Of a stretch of DNA of 60,297 bases, positions 25,282 through 38,767 are shown piece after piece (position 1 is the stretch's first letter; every line of letters starts with the position of its first letter). This DNA is from Octopus bimaculoides (Eukaryota): positions 9,985,502 to 10,045,798 of the forward strand of contig NC_068996.1 in the NCBI RefSeq assembly GCF_001194135.2. The letters are read 5' to 3'. A program made the translations under genes and the position numbers. The notes below the pieces were generated by a model. It was given only the letters and a program-made list of their open reading frames with translations. It was not told the DNA's origin and searched no databases.

Positions 25282-25566
25282 CCAATGTGCCGAGAAATAT
25301 AGACCTGTAATCTTCCCCTGCAGTTCAGTCAAGGCATCTACATATCCAAATGTTTCACCATCAGAGTTATTGGTCAACAGCTTACCTTGAATCACCTCCT
25401 TAAACGGGCTTGGTCTCCATGGGAACATCTCTCCACGTGGGTCGTCTTCAATACAGCTGATACCATTTTTAGTGATAACTTTGCCAGTTTCGGTATCTAA
25501 AAGAACTAACATGGATACTCTTGGAACTGGCACTCGGAGAACATGGTATTTTTTGATAAGAGCTTT
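25282..25566 (-). CDS. NXN: Nucleoredoxin exon 2
   Basis: Acceptor tttccag|AAA and donor TGG|GTAAGT; 285 nt, phase 0/0. KALIKKYHVLRVPVPRVSMLVLLDTETGKVITKNG...DDPRGEMFPWRPSPFKEVIQG...GLYFSAHW. Confidence 0.95.
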
Positions 25567-26029
25567 CTGGAAAATAAAATCAAAGATAAAAGTTAGTTAT
25601 ATATTTCTAGGTTGACATTCTTGCTTCTTTTATTAATCTCAACAAATTCATTATTTACTTTTAACACATTAATTAAAAAAGAAGTGATGTTTAAATTCTC
25701 AAATGCAGTATAATGCTAATAATATAGCCTGAACAGGATAAACTGTATTTGAGAATTTAAAATCACTTCTTTAACTTTCTAAGACATCTCAACACTTCTA
25801 AAAGCAAACTTTGTTTGTTTACATTTATCGTAATTTGACATTAATTAAAATTTCCTTTTCATTCTAGCAACCAAATAATACTTCATCGTCCATGAGATAA
25901 TAAAGGAAGCTCTATGTGGTTGCAAGATCTACTGGAAATAGCAGCTAAATCTATTTCAAACCATTAAAAGATGGAAGGAAACATTGTCCAATTTTCAGCA
26001 TTCATTCCCATAGCAAATGAAGCTTTAAA

Positions 26030-26240
26030 TCACAAATAACAACTATATGAACATGTTAATCCTGAGATTTACTCAACTCTTTTGCTATTATTCTGCTTAA
26101 GACTGTTCCTGGTTCTATGATACAAACTTCTTGGTTGAAATTATCTAAATTAAAATTTTCTATGGGAATATCATGTTAAAAAATTAATTAAAACAAAAGC
26201 AATATATTTCAATAAAAATATGGCAACAAAAGAGTCAAAC
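26030..26240. mobile_element. Degenerate M1 MITE
   Basis: Internal M1 motif (GACTGTTCCTGGTTCTATGATACAAAC) and right end GGCAACAAAAGAG. Boundaries approximate. Confidence 0.5.
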
Positions 26241-26284
26241 TGATACAAATTTCTTTCTTTCACTTTCAGCAGTTTCCAATCTTT

Positions 26285-26665
26285 TGTCTTTTACTTGTTT
26301 CGGTCATTAGACTGCAGTCATGCTGGGGCATCAACTTGAAGAATTTTTAGTTGAATTTATTGACCTCAGTACATTCTTTTTTTAAAGCCTGGTACTTATT
26401 CTATCAGTTACTTTTGCTGAACTGCCAAGTTACAAGGACATAAACATTGCCAACACTGGTTGTCAAGCAGTAATGGAAGGACAGACACAAACACACACAC
26501 ATATATATATACAACGGGCTTCTTTCAGTTTCCTTCTACCAAATCCACTCATAAGGCTTTGGTCAACCTGAGGCTTATAGAAGACACTTGCATAAAGTGT
26601 CACGCAGTGGGACTGAACCCTGAACCTTGTGTTGGGAAGCAAGCTTCTTACCACACAGCTATGCC
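26285..26665 (-). mobile_element. SINE family A
   Basis: Similarity to family A. Confidence 0.85.
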
Positions 26666-26742
26666 TGTTGCAGAATTAAATTTGTAAATTTCTTGAAACT
26701 TTAAAAACTCATTTTGCCACTTCTAACTATCATAAATGACAT

Positions 26743-26973
26743 CAGTGGTTCTTAACCCTTTTTATTCCACTGGACCCTCATAGTCATGCATTAGTTTAAA
26801 AAAAAATCCTATTATATTTTTACTATTAAACAATATTAGGAATTATGTAAAAAAAAAATTGTTAAAATAGTTTCTGTATTGTCAAAGTATAACCAATTCA
26901 TTGTACATAAACTCTAACAACACAATCTTATGTAGACCCCTAAGGGTCATATGAACCCCATTGAGAACCACTG
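26743..26973. mobile_element. hAT (Charlie-like) MITE
   Basis: TIR CAGTGGTTCTTAA / TTGAGAACCACTG; the 8-bp flanks match only partly (AATGACAT/AACTACAA). Confidence 0.65.
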
Positions 26974-27817
26974 AACTACAAGAATCCTAAATAAGGAGTT
27001 TTACTACCACTACAGGTTCAGTTTTCTAATTAGGCAAAAATGGCCAGTTTGTTAGTAAAGCTGTTTACAAACATGAGTTATGCATGCTGAGATGAACCCT
27101 ATGCATCTCTTCGTAAACATAAGGTAGAAACAAAATATATAAAAACAAAAAAACCTGCAAGACTGACATTTACAGCAAAGATCTGGCAAGGAGATACAAA
27201 GGAACCTGCAGACACCATACCATCTGTATTATATTCAGAAGTAATATAACACTCTACAGCAGGTATCATGCCGAAGTTAAATGTATTCATAGAAGGATGA
27301 TTTAGGAGAAAGAAAGAAAGAAGGAAAAAAAAAAAGCTTAGGTATGACATCCCTGCTTTTGCCAAAACATATACAAAAATAAATAAGTGGGATGACTCCA
27401 AAGAGGCACAATACATTTGGAATAAAGAAAAAAAAAAACAAAATAAAAGAAAATAATGGGCAGATAGAAACCACATCACTATCATTATTTAAAATCTGCT
27501 TTCCATGTTGGCATGGGTTGGACGGTTTGACAGGAGCTGGCGAGGCAAAAGACTGTATCGGGCTTTTGTGTCTATTTTGGCATGGTTTTTTTATGGTTGG
27601 ATGCCCTTCCTAACACCAACCACCCTGCAGAGTGGACTAAGTGCTTTTTATCATGGAATGAGATATTGTTGATTAAGAATGACAGTGGAAGCTAAGAAAA
27701 TTTTAAAGATCAGTATACTATAGTATTAAGAACCCATTTATCAGTAAACGGCATGTTACAATGGAGTAATACATCATTTCTTACTGTCTAGGAACATACT
27801 ATGGACACTATTAAAAA

Positions 27818-28185
27818 AGTGGCTGTGTGGTAAGTAGCTTGCTTACCAACCACATGGTTCTAGGTTCAGTCCCACTGCATGACACCTTGGGCAAGTGTCT
27901 TCTACTATAGCCTCGGGCCGACTAAAGCCTTGTGAGTGGATTTGGTAGACGGAAACTGAAAGAAGCCCGTCGTATATATATGTATGTGTGTGTGTGTCTG
28001 TGTTTGTCCCCCCAACATCGCTTGACAACCGATGCTGGTGTGTTTACGTCCCCATAACTTAGCGGTTCGGCAAAATAGACCGATAGAATAAGTACTAGGC
28101 TTCCAAAGAGTAAGTCATGGGGTCAATTTGCCCGACTAAAGGCGGTGCTCCAGCATGGCCAGTCAAATGACTGACTGAAACAAGT
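27818..28185 (+). mobile_element. SINE family A
   Basis: Similarity to family A. Confidence 0.9.
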
Positions 28186-28624
28186 AATTTGCAGTGTTAA
28201 GTAAACTACAAATAGACTTTAAACAATACTAGAATGTGTTAGAATATAAATCCGTTAAATTCATATCTTACAGGACACAACATAACATTGGTGCTTATAA
28301 AGGGGGGAAGCACATGTACAAATATATGTGTATGCATACATAGAAGGTCGTTAAGCCTAACCTTGTTTAAAGCATGTCACACACACACACACACACATTT
28401 GTAGAAATAAAGAACTTGGAGATTGGAGTATCTGAAATGTTATGACATCAGGGTGCCTTTAGTTGAGTTCACCCTGTTGTAAACAATCAGGCCAGGTTTC
28501 CAGTTTGAGAATAACTTCCTCCCTTCCTTCCACAAAGTTTGGAAGCCCTGAAAAACAAACGGTTATGAATGCCACTCCTTCCCACTCTGACTAAACAATA
28601 AAACAAAAATAATATAAACATAGG

Positions 28625-28995
28625 CACAGGCGTGGCTGTGTGGTAAGATGTTTGCTTTCCAAGCACATGGTTCCAGGTTCAGTCCCATTGTGTGGCACCT
28701 TGGGCAAAAGTTTTCTACTATAGCTTTGGGCCTACCAAAACTTTGTGACTAGATTTGCTAGAAACTGAAAGAAGCCCATCATATATGTGTGTGTGTGTGT
28801 CTGTGCTTGCACCCCCAACCAGTGTTGGTGTGTTTACATCTCTGTAACTTAGCAGTCTGGCAAAAAAGACTGATTGAATAATTACCAGGCTTAAAAAAAA
28901 CAAACAAACAAACACTGAGGTCAATTCATTCAACTAAAATTCTTCAAGACAAATGCCCCAACATGGCCGCAATCTAATAAGTGAAACAAGTAAAA
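28625..28995 (+). mobile_element. SINE family A, older copy
   Basis: Similarity to family A. Confidence 0.8.
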
Positions 28996-29269
28996 GATAA
29001 AAAGATAAACAAACCTATTCTACAATCAAATCCTGCAGTGATGAAATTCTTAGGCTGCAAATTAACCTCATTGTTCACTTCTACTGTACTTTATTGTTCT
29101 TCAGATTTGACAGAACGTTTAGTGTCGTGTTAAGTTACAATTCTGCTTCTATAAGTGTTACTTTTTTTTAAAGATGAGAATATTCACTACTTAACACCAC
29201 AAAAGAAAAAAAGAGATAAATAAAACTTTACTCCCAGTATATTATTTCTGTAAACTTGCATAATACTAT

Positions 29270-29655
29270 TCTCTTTTACTTGTTTCAGTCATTTGACTGT
29301 GGCCATGCTGGAGCACCGCCTTTAGTCGAGCAAATCGACCCCAGGACTTATTCTTTGGAAGCCTAGTACTTATTCTATCGGTCTCTTTTTGCCGAACTGC
29401 TAAGTTACGGGGATGTAAACATAGCAGCATTGGTTGTCAAGCGATGTTGGGGGACAAACACAGACACACACTCATATATATATACATATATACGACGGGC
29501 TTCTTTCAGTTTCCGCCTACCAAATCCACTCACAAGGCTTTGGTCGGCATGAGGCTATAGTAGAAGACACTTGCCCAAGGTGCCACACAGTGGGACTGAA
29601 CCCAGAACCATGTGGTTGGTAAGCAAGCTACTCACTACACAACCATTCCTATGCC
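29270..29655 (-). mobile_element. SINE family A
   Basis: Similarity to family A. Confidence 0.9.
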
Positions 29656-31221
29656 TATTGTTAAATTTCAGGCGGAACATTATAAATAATAAAAAAAATA
29701 TAAAGGAAAAAAAAAAGTATTTGCTAGAAGCATTTCATAAAATAGGAAAAAGGAGGATATGTGATGTGAATCATGTAATATCTGTATTTTGGTATTGTAA
29801 AACGATACCAGATTGACAGAACATCAGGAATTTCACTAAACTAGACAAAGAATGAATAAATAAAATAAAAATACCAGCGGGATCTGTGAACCTGTGCCAT
29901 TTTACAAGGCCAACACTAATATATGTATTATTTTTATGAACAGTGCTCAAACTTCAGAAGATTTTTACCCTCACTCTTTTGTGAGATGCAAACAACCATC
30001 TGCAGTGAATGGGCCTCTACACTGTCATTTGACTTGCTAAAAATAGCAGACTGAGTCACCATAAAGACTCATCTTAATATCTTGAAACAAATCAAGCTCA
30101 AGTAGAATGCAGTCCTAGATGCACTATGACTGAATGAAAGACAGGATGGTCACAACTTGAACGTCTTTAATGATATGTTTGTGTGGTTAGGGTTGATCTG
30201 GAGCTAACCAACCAATCATCCAACTGCTCCAAGAAGACTCATAATCCTAAAAACTCCAAAAGTCACACTAAGACAGATTTTATTCTCTGTTCAAACGTTA
30301 AGCATGAAATAAGAGTCTACTTGGTTGACTCTTGAAACTAATGATGGTCTCTGTTGGTCAAAAAGTTTAGCCAAGTGGAATAAATTACTTAACAGTAGAG
30401 AGAGAGAGAGTTTTAATATCTTGGTAAAGAGTTCTGTCCAAAGTATCAGACTTCTCTTTTTCAAAGCAAAATATTTTCTTCACTCTGAACCTTTTGACTA
30501 TTTAAAAAGCTTCCAGAAGTAAGAGTAATGCTTCTATAAACAAAATGATGGCATTTTTTTTTTCCTGTTTCAATTACTGGAATCTAAGATTTGCACATAG
30601 ATAGGGGCAGTTCAGCTATCTTTTACTGAAAATGTTTATTCCTTAATTCCTTATTGTGGTATCTCCCTCCCTCCCTGCCATCACTGCTACTGCTGTATCT
30701 GCCTACCCCCTATTGCCACTCGTATTTCACAATGAGTCTCATAACAAACTCATGCATCAAACATCATAGTATGAAGTCATTGATTCAAGAAACTTCACTC
30801 TCTTCCTATTTATCCACCAAATAATGACATCCATATTTTCAAACCTTTCATCAACAACACCTCCAGCCCACTCCTCTACGTGACTGCATGAGCTGGTAGA
30901 GACAATCTCTATGATGATGCTTGACCCACTAGAAACAGCAACAATATCCCCCTCAAATTACATCAAAGAAAAAGAAAATTAAAACAGACATGAAATATTT
31001 AGTTCTGATATACAAAAAAGGCAACAATGCCTTTATCATAATAGGTCTGCTGGAGCAACGCTGTCCTAGACCTAACACAACAACAATAAGAATATTCCTC
31101 TTGTCTTTCTAATCCAAGAGGATGTTTCTTCATTGGACATTGTAATAATGGAAATTATAACATCTTAGGAACCTCCTCTCTTTTCAATAATTTTTTTATG
31201 CTACCACAATTTTATATTTAC

Positions 31222-31588
31222 CGTGATGGCACCTGTGCCCAGTGTCGCCTTCCTGGCACTTGTGCCAGTGGCACGTGTAAAGACATTCGAGCGAGATTGT
31301 TGCCAGTGCCACTGGACTGGCTCCTGTGCAGGTGGCACGTAAAATGCACCATTTTGAGCATGGCCGTTGCCAGTACCACCTGACTGGCCTTCATGCCTGT
31401 GGCACGTAAAAGCACCCACTACACTCTCTGAGTGGTTGGCGTTAGGAAGGGCATCCAACTGTAGAAACTCTGCCAGATCAGATTGGAGCCTGGTGTAGCC
31501 ATCTGGTTTCACCAGTCCTCAGTCAAATCGTCCAACCCATGCTAGCATGGAAAGCGGACGTTAAACGACGATGATGATGATGATGATT
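31222..31588 (+). mobile_element. Family C element (5'-truncated)
   Basis: Near-identical to 5755-6120; (GAT)n tail. Confidence 0.88.
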
Positions 31589-32399
31589 TCACAAAACAAA
31601 AAGAAAAAATTTAGAAGAACTAAATTCTTTTTATTATTCAATACAACTCTCCTTTAACCTTCACATTCATAGTTACATATTTACAAAATATTCACCATAT
31701 TTTTGATAAAAATCAACACGCCCCATTACAATATTTATTTTTCAACTGATTATGAGGTCCCAATAATCTGTTAATATTTAATAACTGATGTGATTTCCTC
31801 TATTTGCAGAAGCCCATTAATATAATGCATTCTCATAAATGATTCATGAACCCAACCTTAATCTAATCTAGATATCTTTTTAATATAAATAATAATTCAT
31901 TGTAGCATCAATTTATTCATTATGGTCACTTCATATCAACAAAGCATACGCAAGTGGAGATCTCTGATACACACTTCATCAATTCTGATATATGCCAAGT
32001 TTTCCGTCTGGTAAGTCAATTATCAACTTACTATCGCCACTAAGAAAGCACATTATACAATCAAGTAAACATTGTTGCATCACTAACCCCACCCTAAACA
32101 TGTTCAACATGCAACTAAAACTCTTTAGGTTGTTTCAAGTGCTTGATCTTGCCATTACTGAGGGTTTCTCCTAATAACACACACTCAACACAGCAAAGAT
32201 TGTATTAAAAAGACTGGTTTTAAATATCCTGGGTCAGCAAAAAAACCCTCATATGAGACCCACAATGAAGTACTACTCTCACACCTTGATGGTACTACTG
32301 TTACACACACTGACATCCTAGATCCCATCTAAGGAAAGGCCAAAGGTCAACAGATTGATACAAAGCCACTCACCAACACTCTAACCTCTGGCCTTCAGA

Positions 32400-33360
32400 T
32401 GTGGTCTCCTCTCTACAGTAGCTTCTCTTCCTCAGAGCTGGATGGCCTCATGTTACCTCTACTCAAGTATACCTAACTCATTTGTCCCTCCTCTCCTCAT
32501 CCCTCCAAATTCAAACACATCACTACCTACTCCATCTTCTGTAAGACATCAGCTTTAGAATACTCTTAGCAAGTTTTCCCTGCTGCAGTTGTTTAAAAGG
32601 AGCATTGATCACATTGATTTCAACAGTCTTAAAGGGACCGAAAAAGGACATGGTCATAGCTTTTTCTTCTACATCAAAAACTTTTGTGCAGATAATAGTA
32701 CACTTCACTACTCATTAATTTTCTTAACACAGGCATTATTCTATGTAGTCTAGACGTCTCAGGCCAAACTACCACTGACTCCAGATCTTTGTTGTGTTCT
32801 TCTATAGTACAAAGACCCAATCAATGTGCATTTCAAGGAAATATTTTATCTCACCCTCTCTATCTTTGGACAACAGCACACAACTAAAACCCTAAAAGTC
32901 AATACAAAATGCTAGAACTCAATCACTGATGATTACAAACAAAAACTACATCCTAAATATCAACCATCTTCTGCAAGAGTAGAACATACTTTGCAAAACT
33001 GATGCTTCTCTACGAAGCTCAAGTGTGATTCACTTTTACTCTGATATGTGGAAGGTCCTGCTGCAGTACGTAATGGAATACTGTTCCTACAACCAGAATG
33101 GTGTTATGCTGCTGCACATACAAGCACCCCCAGACTGCATCCAGAAGAAAGCCATCAGACTGATTGGCAAGGACTCACTTGTCAACATATTTCAATAAGT
33201 TATCTTCTCACTCTGCTGCCTCATTCATTGTTAGTACAACAGTCACTTTTCTTCAGAGTTACCTAGTTTCATGCTATCATCACTCAAGATTATCTGTCAC
33301 TAATTCTGTGTGTTTCATGAAGCCTACCGACACTACCTCACACTGAATTAATCACTACAT
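32400..33360 (+). mobile_element. Heavily decayed CR1/L2-like LINE RT fragment
   Basis: CADNSTLH (YADD-like motif) near 32685 and DCIQKKAIRLIG near 33135; boundaries approximate. Confidence 0.5.
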
Positions 33361-34094
33361 CTACACCTTCATCCCTAGAGTATTGGCTATTTGATATTCT
33401 TTTCTTAACTAAATTTTACCTACAGGAGAGCCTGAGAACATCATAGGCAGAGTCTCATAGTCTCATCCTCCCAATTCAAATAGGGGAAGAAAAAGAAAAA
33501 AAAAACAAAAACCCCTACTCTAATCTAATACAATTCCAGCTGACAAAGAAACTTCTACATAGCTGTTCAACCTGTAAGAAATAGCAGCTAAATACTCCTT
33601 CAAACATATCCTAAAGTATAAGGACACACAATGTGATCTTAAGTACATTGTGTCTGAAAATAGAGATAGGATGGTTATGTTTGGAAAACCTTTAACCATA
33701 AATCTTCTTGGAAAGTCTGATCCAGGACTAAACAGCATTACATTGGTGAGTGAGAGGAAGCAGAGTCCCACAGGCCTTCCTAACTGCTCTGAGTCTTTTA
33801 CATTTTATGCTTGGCCTTAACTTCTATAGATTTATATTTAAAGACAAAAATATTAACAAAGAAGACTATTTAACAGAGAAAGCACGAAAGAAAATTTAAC
33901 AGTGATACAGTGCGGATGATAGAGAAGGGAGGATGTAGTTCACAATTTTATCGAATTTACATATTAATATAGTCAATATATACTCTTAACCCTTTGAACC
34001 CTATGAGCTCATCCTGACATGACCTCCACCCTCAGCTCCCAGTGAAAATATGCAAAAAAATTCAGTTATGATTTATTTTTATTCATAAGCACAA

Positions 34095-34470
34095 AAGTGG
34101 TTGTATGGTAAGAAGCTTGCTTCCCAACCACATGGTTCCAGGTTCAGTCCCACTGCGTGGCACCTTGGGCAAGAGTCTTCTACTATAGCCTTGGGCCAAT
34201 CAAAGCCTTGTGAGTGGATTTGGTAGACGGAAACTGAAAGAAGCCTGTCGTGTATATGTATAGATATATGTGTGTGTGTATGTGTGTTTGTCCCTCCCCA
34301 TCACTTGACAACTGATGTTGGTGTGTTTACGTCCCTGTAACTTAGCTGTTCGGCGAAAAGTGAACAATAGAATAAGTACTAGGCTTACAAAGAATAAGTC
34401 CTGGGGTCGATTTGTTTGACTAGAGACAGTGCTCCAGCATGGCCAGTCAAATGACTGAAACAAGAGAATA
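34095..34470 (+). mobile_element. SINE family A nested in the piggyBac element
   Basis: Similarity to family A; lies between the transposase stop and the left TIR. Confidence 0.88.
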
Positions 34471-34565
34471 AAAGAGTAAAAGAACGTGCTAGGTTTTTGT
34501 TGTTATTTATGATAAACAAACAAATAAAATACCTATTTCATGTTGTTTATTTTATTTTCTCACTT

Positions 34566-35747
34566 CTACCTCCAAAACTGAACTTTAGCATAGTAGTCGT
34601 GCCAGCAATTTTGCTGTGGTACCCCAATGCACAAAAAAGCTTTACAATAATTACACCAGTAAACTGTTTTTGACTTTTTGGGAAGGTCTTTATATGCAGC
34701 ACTTGGATTTTGCTGTCTGGCTCTGTTGTGCTTTCCTAGGCATACTACACACCTATTGCTCAAAGTTGCATAGGCCGGGGGGGGGGGGCTCTCTTTCCAC
34801 CTCGTGTGGTCTGTAATCTTGTAGAAGTTTGTGTTTGGATGTATTTTCACCGGTAATAGTCGGTAATAATTGCCTACAAGTTCATGGCAGAGATTTTCAA
34901 CAAACGTGTGGAATGTAAACATTCTTTGCCCCTGGGGATTATGTGGCTTATAATGTCCCACGATAACATATGCATTGTACGCAGCCCACAAAAAACTTCC
35001 AAATAAGATGACGTGGCCATTTGTAATGATGTCTGCTCCGATGCAGTTTGGTAAGTTGGTCATTTTTATCGGTGCCACCCATGTATGCATTGCAACTTTG
35101 GACAGCTTTTGGGCAAACCACAGGAAGCCTTCTGTGCTCTTTACTATCGTACCTTTGTACTTGTATTAAGGGGGGGGGAGGGTTATGAATGCAGAAGTTA
35201 CACAATAAATGGGCTTTTTGTTGCACCAAACAATTACTGCTACAATTCCATTGAATAAGAGTTTGAATTGCCTCCTGCAGTTTTGATTTTTTGATTTGAT
35301 GAGGTGTTTTGGAAAAAGTTTTCTATTTGTAAGTGCCGTGCACTTCCTCTGTTTTCCATAAAAAACTCGCACAAATATACATTAGTGTAGAATCTGTCTG
35401 TAAATGCACAGTAACATTGGTCACGAAAACAGTTCCAACATACGAACAAGGTTTTCAAGTGTTTCGGCATCTTCCCTACAACCTGTATATACTTCTGCAT
35501 TTGAAATATAGCCATTCTCACTACCACAAACAAGGAAGGTTTTGATACCCCACTTTATCAGTTGATCTTTGAGATATTGTTTTATAGATAGGGAGTTTTT
35601 TTTTGTTGGAATCATCCCCTCGTCAAGTGACAAACTGCTTCTCAGTGGGTAATGCAACTTGAATTTTTCTAACAAGTGATTGAACACGGGGCTGGATTTG
35701 TAAATCTTGTTGGATTTGTTTAGTTCATTTACACTATGTTCGGCCAT
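34566..35747 (-). pseudogene. piggyBac (PGBD/DDE_Tnp_1_7-like) transposase pseudogene
   Basis: Fragments in several frames: LSLDEGMIP...IKQYLKD..IKWGIKTF...NGYISNAEVYTG; DRFYT; NAYMGGTDKNDQ; C-terminal Cys-rich domain RCVVC...WCNYCKAFLC...CW. The N-terminal part is absent. Confidence 0.93.
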
Positions 35748-36113
35748 GAACAGAAGCCTAAACTGTGATGTAAATGGTCTTTTATTGGTTAAATAGTTAG
35801 CTGCTTAGCAGGTATGTATACTATATGCTCAGGCCAGAAAACTGGCCTGGCGGGTTCAAAGGGTTAAAAAAAAAAGCAGATGATCATGGTTGAAATGTTC
35901 TTGATTAAGGTTTACTTAGGGCTAATTAACATCATACCACGTAGCCTTTTATCCGTCTGATTATAAGTCCTGAGCTCAATGTAATTAAAAATACTTGAGA
36001 AGATGGTACCCCAGAATACTGTTAAAAGCAATAAAAGAATGCACATCAACTTAACTTTACACTGTACAATATATCAATTGTAGGTATTAGATTTAATTAG
36101 CCATCCAGTTTAA

Positions 36114-36313
36114 CCCTTTTTATACCAATCCACTTAGTATAAACTTCTCATTTAAAGTGATCTAAATTAAAACCTATCTTTAAAATTCCATTTGAATTAA
36201 TGTCCCAAATACCAGGTTAATAATGACAGAGTTATTTTGCTAAGTTCTTTATTTTTCAAAATCGATTAAAGAGAAAGTCTATGCAAATCAACAAAAGCAT
36301 GATAACAAAAGGG
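36114..36313. mobile_element. M1 MITE
   Basis: TTAA|CCCTTTTTATACC...GATAACAAAAGGG|TTAA; internal similarity to 24888-25089. Confidence 0.8.
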
Positions 36314-37240
36314 TTAACACCAAGTTCTGGTCCTGGGGTGTTAGGAGCACAGACATTACTCTACTCTGTTGCAAGCATTCAGGACAGGTTTCTCTCTCTC
36401 CCTCTTTCTGGTCTGAGGATAACCTCCTCTTACCAGTGTCAGAGGCTTTCAAAAGGGTCATAAGCGCTGCTCTTTACCTCTGATTAAGCCGGAGAAAGAA
36501 AAACAAAAACAACTCACATATTACTATACAACACTGCGTCTTATTATACACCACATCAGTTCTATTGTTATACACATCAACTCAACATCTTACAACACAC
36601 CACATCAACTTCTAAACAATATTTCTGTAACAACACATTGGCTGAATAGGTCACTAAAGTTAGCTACATGAAATCACATCAACATTGTACAACAACAAGT
36701 CATTAAATGCGTACAACAAAAGATCAATTCTATTTCATACGCTTCCATAATACTACAAGTTAGCTGTGATAGATATTGTTCACACAGCATTCATACTCCA
36801 TTGTTCGTGTGACTTTCATGGCTCAATAAGTCATGCATACAAAAATGAACATTCTCTTTCACAAGACTTTCATTGTCTCGCTAAGATGAGTCAGACTTCT
36901 TTATATGATGCATATGTGGCTGCCTTTTGTTGCCATTTCATAAAGGCATTTCTCTTTTGAATATTACCCTGAAAAATCAGCAAAACGAACAGTATTGTTA
37001 AATTTGATATTTTCCTCCCTGAGCGTTTTTGTTTTTTAACCAACACCGTTATTCCTACTAATGTCACCTATACTATCATCATTACTATTATGATATCCAG
37101 TTTTTCATTCTGTAACAACTAAAGACAAATTTCGTTAACCTTATATTCAGCACCCAACTTTGGAGCCATAGAACAGATTAATTTAACTCATGTAGTTTTT
37201 GTATTTTTATTATTACAATTGATTAGGATACAAATTTTAG

Positions 37241-37466
37241 CCCTTCTCATACCAACCTGATTCAGACTGTCCCTGGTTTAACAATATAAACTGTCTTAAA
37301 GTGATCTAAATTAAAGCCTTCCATTATGTTAGCATAAATTTCATGCTAAATTATATTCTAAATACTAGTTTAAAATGATAAAGTTATCTTAATACACTTC
37401 TCATAATTTTAAGAATGAACTGAAACAAGGGCAATACATTTAAACAGAAATACAGTAACAAAAGTG
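37241..37466. mobile_element. M1 MITE, older copy
   Basis: TTAG|CCCTTCTCATACC...GTAACAAAAGTG|TTAA; internal similarity to M1. Confidence 0.7.
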
Positions 37467-38546
37467 TTAAACATGAATATCAATCACCGACTCATTTAAA
37501 AAAATATTTTTAAGAGTAATTTCAAAAGAGGACTAGGGGAATATTCAACTGAGAAAAGAGAAAGAGGAGGTACATTTACTATAGTTAAATATTTTGTTAT
37601 AAATTCCGCTAAGTTTGGGGAGGCGGGTGAACTACAGGAAGTGAGTTGTAAAAAGAAGCTGTGTTATATAAGATTTAGCTTGCATCTTGGCATGAGGACT
37701 GACTCCATGGTGGGTTAACAAATGAATTTTAGTGGGACAGGATGTTGCTTGGTATAAAGAGTACAGATTAGATATTAGTGGATGGAGGTGTGATGGTTCA
37801 GTGATTTTTGGGTTTTGTATAAAAGAAAGGAACATTCCTAAAAGTGCCCAATAGTAGAATTTTTTTCTCCATAGGTAGATGTTGTTCACTCTGGAAGAAA
37901 AATATGTTATTTCATCAAATGTTTTCTAGATAATAACATCTATTTAAATGTGTGTATGTGCAGGTAGATATTTGTTTACATAAAGCAGTGCAAACAATGA
38001 ATGTGAAAGAGGTGCAGTGCAATTTCTAGCAAAATACAGAGAAAACATAACTTGCAATATATCAATACTGAAGTGGTTATCAGTGTGAGCAGTCTAAACT
38101 GCAGCCCATGCACAGGTACAGTTGACTTGCTGAAAATAATAGTTATTATAATTCGAGCTGGAAAGGTTTGTTAGAGCACTAATTGTGGCTATAGTATAAA
38201 CAAGAAAGAAGAAATTTAGAGCAGTAGCTACATCTGTTATAACAAATGATTTTTACAGTTTTCTGAGCCAATGAGAAAGTTGCTACATGGCTGCCTGATA
38301 TGTTTGAAATATCAGCTAAATTTCCTTTAAATCACACATTATTATCATCTTAAAAAAGGGATACATTAGATAAAATAATCCAAGATTCTGAAAGCAAAGA
38401 CAGGATTGTCACATCTGGAACATATTTCATCCTAAGTTTGCTGAACTGGGAATATGGTGCTAAACAACAGCAAATATTTTTCTCCTTTATATGAAAAGCA
38501 GACAAGACAAATGTAAAAAGTGTGATACTGTATGGTGCTTAATTAA

Positions 38547-38767
38547 CCCTTTAGCATTTAAACCGGCCATTTCCAGCCAAAATATTCTACTTGCCTTATG
38601 TTCAAACTAGTCAGATCTGGCATCTCACACCTACCCTAGAATGTCATTTTGAGCATAAACAAAACACATCATTGAAATCTCAAGGCTACCACATAATACA
38701 GGATAAATTCAAAACAATGCGAATAAATAAGCATTACATTTGATAGAATAATTTGAATGCTAAAAGG
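38547..38767. mobile_element. TTAA-flanked MITE, family M2
   Basis: TTAA|CCCTTTAGCATTTAAA...TTTGAATGCTAAAAGG|TTAA; 221 bp. Confidence 0.85.

Larger units (their letters stand above)
33990..35863 (-). mobile_element. piggyBac DNA transposon, internally deleted and frameshifted, with intact ends
   Basis: TTAA at 33986-33989 and 35864-35867; perfect 12-bp TIR CCCTTTGAACCC/GGGTTCAAAGGG. A family-A SINE is inserted at about 34095-34470. Confidence 0.92.
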
